NCBI GenBank assembly: GCA_010015585.1
Contig: ML975152.1
Source: Eremomyces bilateralis CBS 781.70
Taxonomy: Eukaryota
Strand: one strand, 5' to 3'
DNA: 64,000 bases
The notes beneath the pieces were generated by a model. It saw only the letters and a program-made list of their open reading frames with translations. It made no database searches and was not told the DNA's origin. A program made the position numbers and the translations under genes. This document shows, piece by piece, positions 62,963 through 64,000 of this stretch. Position 1 is the stretch's first letter, and the number at the start of each line of letters is the position of its first letter.

Positions 62963-63639
62963 ACCTTTCTCTAGAATCTTATACAGTACACCCAATGGCA
63001 GGCGGCATGCTGCTGATATTTATCCTTGGGGCCATCCATAATGGCACATGCAACAGTGAAGACATACCTGCGTCTCCTGTCATCACTGATACACTGAATG
63101 GTTGCCTCATTCTCATCGTAACGAATTCACGCTGGTCAGTGTTGTCCTGCGTAATTGTCAAGCCTCGCTTGTACACTGATTGACCACTGGAGCCTCTTAT
63201 TCAACTGATTCGACTCCTAATATCCTTCCTAATATCATGTCACTTCAACAACAGGACTCTATGGGTGATCTGACTCATTCTGCGTTCAGATCTTGACCTC
63301 TAAATCAGTTCGCTCCCATATGCACTGCAGGATTCCATATGTGTCTTCTACTTCTCTGCGAATTTTACAATACCAGCCCCAACTCAGTACCTAGTCAATT
63401 AGTCGACGATATATCACCTTTTTTGCCGATTTCTATTCACTCTGATTTATGAATGATGGCTACCAACTCTTTTTCCTTTCATTACCTTCATCCCGTTACT
63501 GTATCCAGTGCAGCCAGTGGTCATCGTGCCTTGAACACGCACTTGATCTATCGAGCATCATCCCTCAGCCGATGACATGTCTGGTCACTAATCTGAGCAA
63601 TCAGTCTAGAATACGCAGCTGTGGTACATTTCTGGGTCA

Positions 63640-64000
63640 CCGTAGGAAAAAAGTACGGCGCCTTGACGAACTGCGTTATCGCTGCGACGGGGGGACTTCG
63701 GCGACAGTCACAGCCATGAGAATCTGAAGCGGTGGGCCACAGATAATGGAGGCCGAGGGAGACCATGTGACGGATGGCCTGACCCATCTGATTTGCTCCA
63801 AGTACCACTTTAAAAGAAAGACCGTTTTAGGTGGGTTACACTATGCGGCCGTGAATAATGCAACACTGACTTATGCCCGTCAGTTGCTTCCGCCTTGAAA
63901 TGGAAGAAGAAGATCGTCTCCTACGACTGGCTTGAGGATTCATTGCTGCGTCACAGCAAGCAGAGAGAGGGCACGTACCAGCGCACGAATAACAGGATTG
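63640..64000 (+). pseudogene. BRCT-domain gene 5' part, apparently frameshifted (runs off the window)
   Basis: CVIAATG/DFGDSHSHENLKRWATDNGG/VTDGLTHLICSK..|..KIVSYDWLEDSL needs two frame changes (G run at ~63689-63694 and ~63760) plus an intron at 63831-63883. Confidence 0.6.

Noticed and set aside
1..64000. tRNA, rRNA or autonomous transposon
   Set aside because: No cloverleaf with A/B boxes, rDNA, transposase or reverse transcriptase motifs recognised by eye; tRNAscan-SE was not run

Overview
Intron-containing genomic DNA from a filamentous ascomycete (Pezizomycotina, probably Eurotiomycetes-like; taxon inferred). It holds about 21 apparently intact genes: GST, MetAP2, a DUF6601-like protein, translin, a UBP1-like deubiquitinase, NFS1, RVS167/hob1, the glutamate-cysteine ligase catalytic and modifier subunits, GATA factor NsdD, SREBP (SrbA/Sre1), a conserved Q/P-rich unknown protein, a FAM32A-like protein, AP-1 sigma, MAF1, NTG1/Nth1, BUD32, a HAD hydrolase, SSO syntaxin, NUP188 and trpC. 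Four decayed genes are missed or fragmented in the ORF track: a protein kinase, a dienelactone hydrolase, a BRCT protein and an STE2/PreB alpha-pheromone receptor with TM1 joined to TM7. Non-coding features include a ~220 bp foldback/MITE-like element, apparently structured introns in MAF1 and NFS1, a ~1.2 kb ATG-free leader, a 9.7 kb nsdD-srbA divergent intergenic region, and repeated C-rich to G-rich skew switches that ignore gene strand. Family assignments come from recalled motifs, not database searches, and exon boundaries were read by eye.
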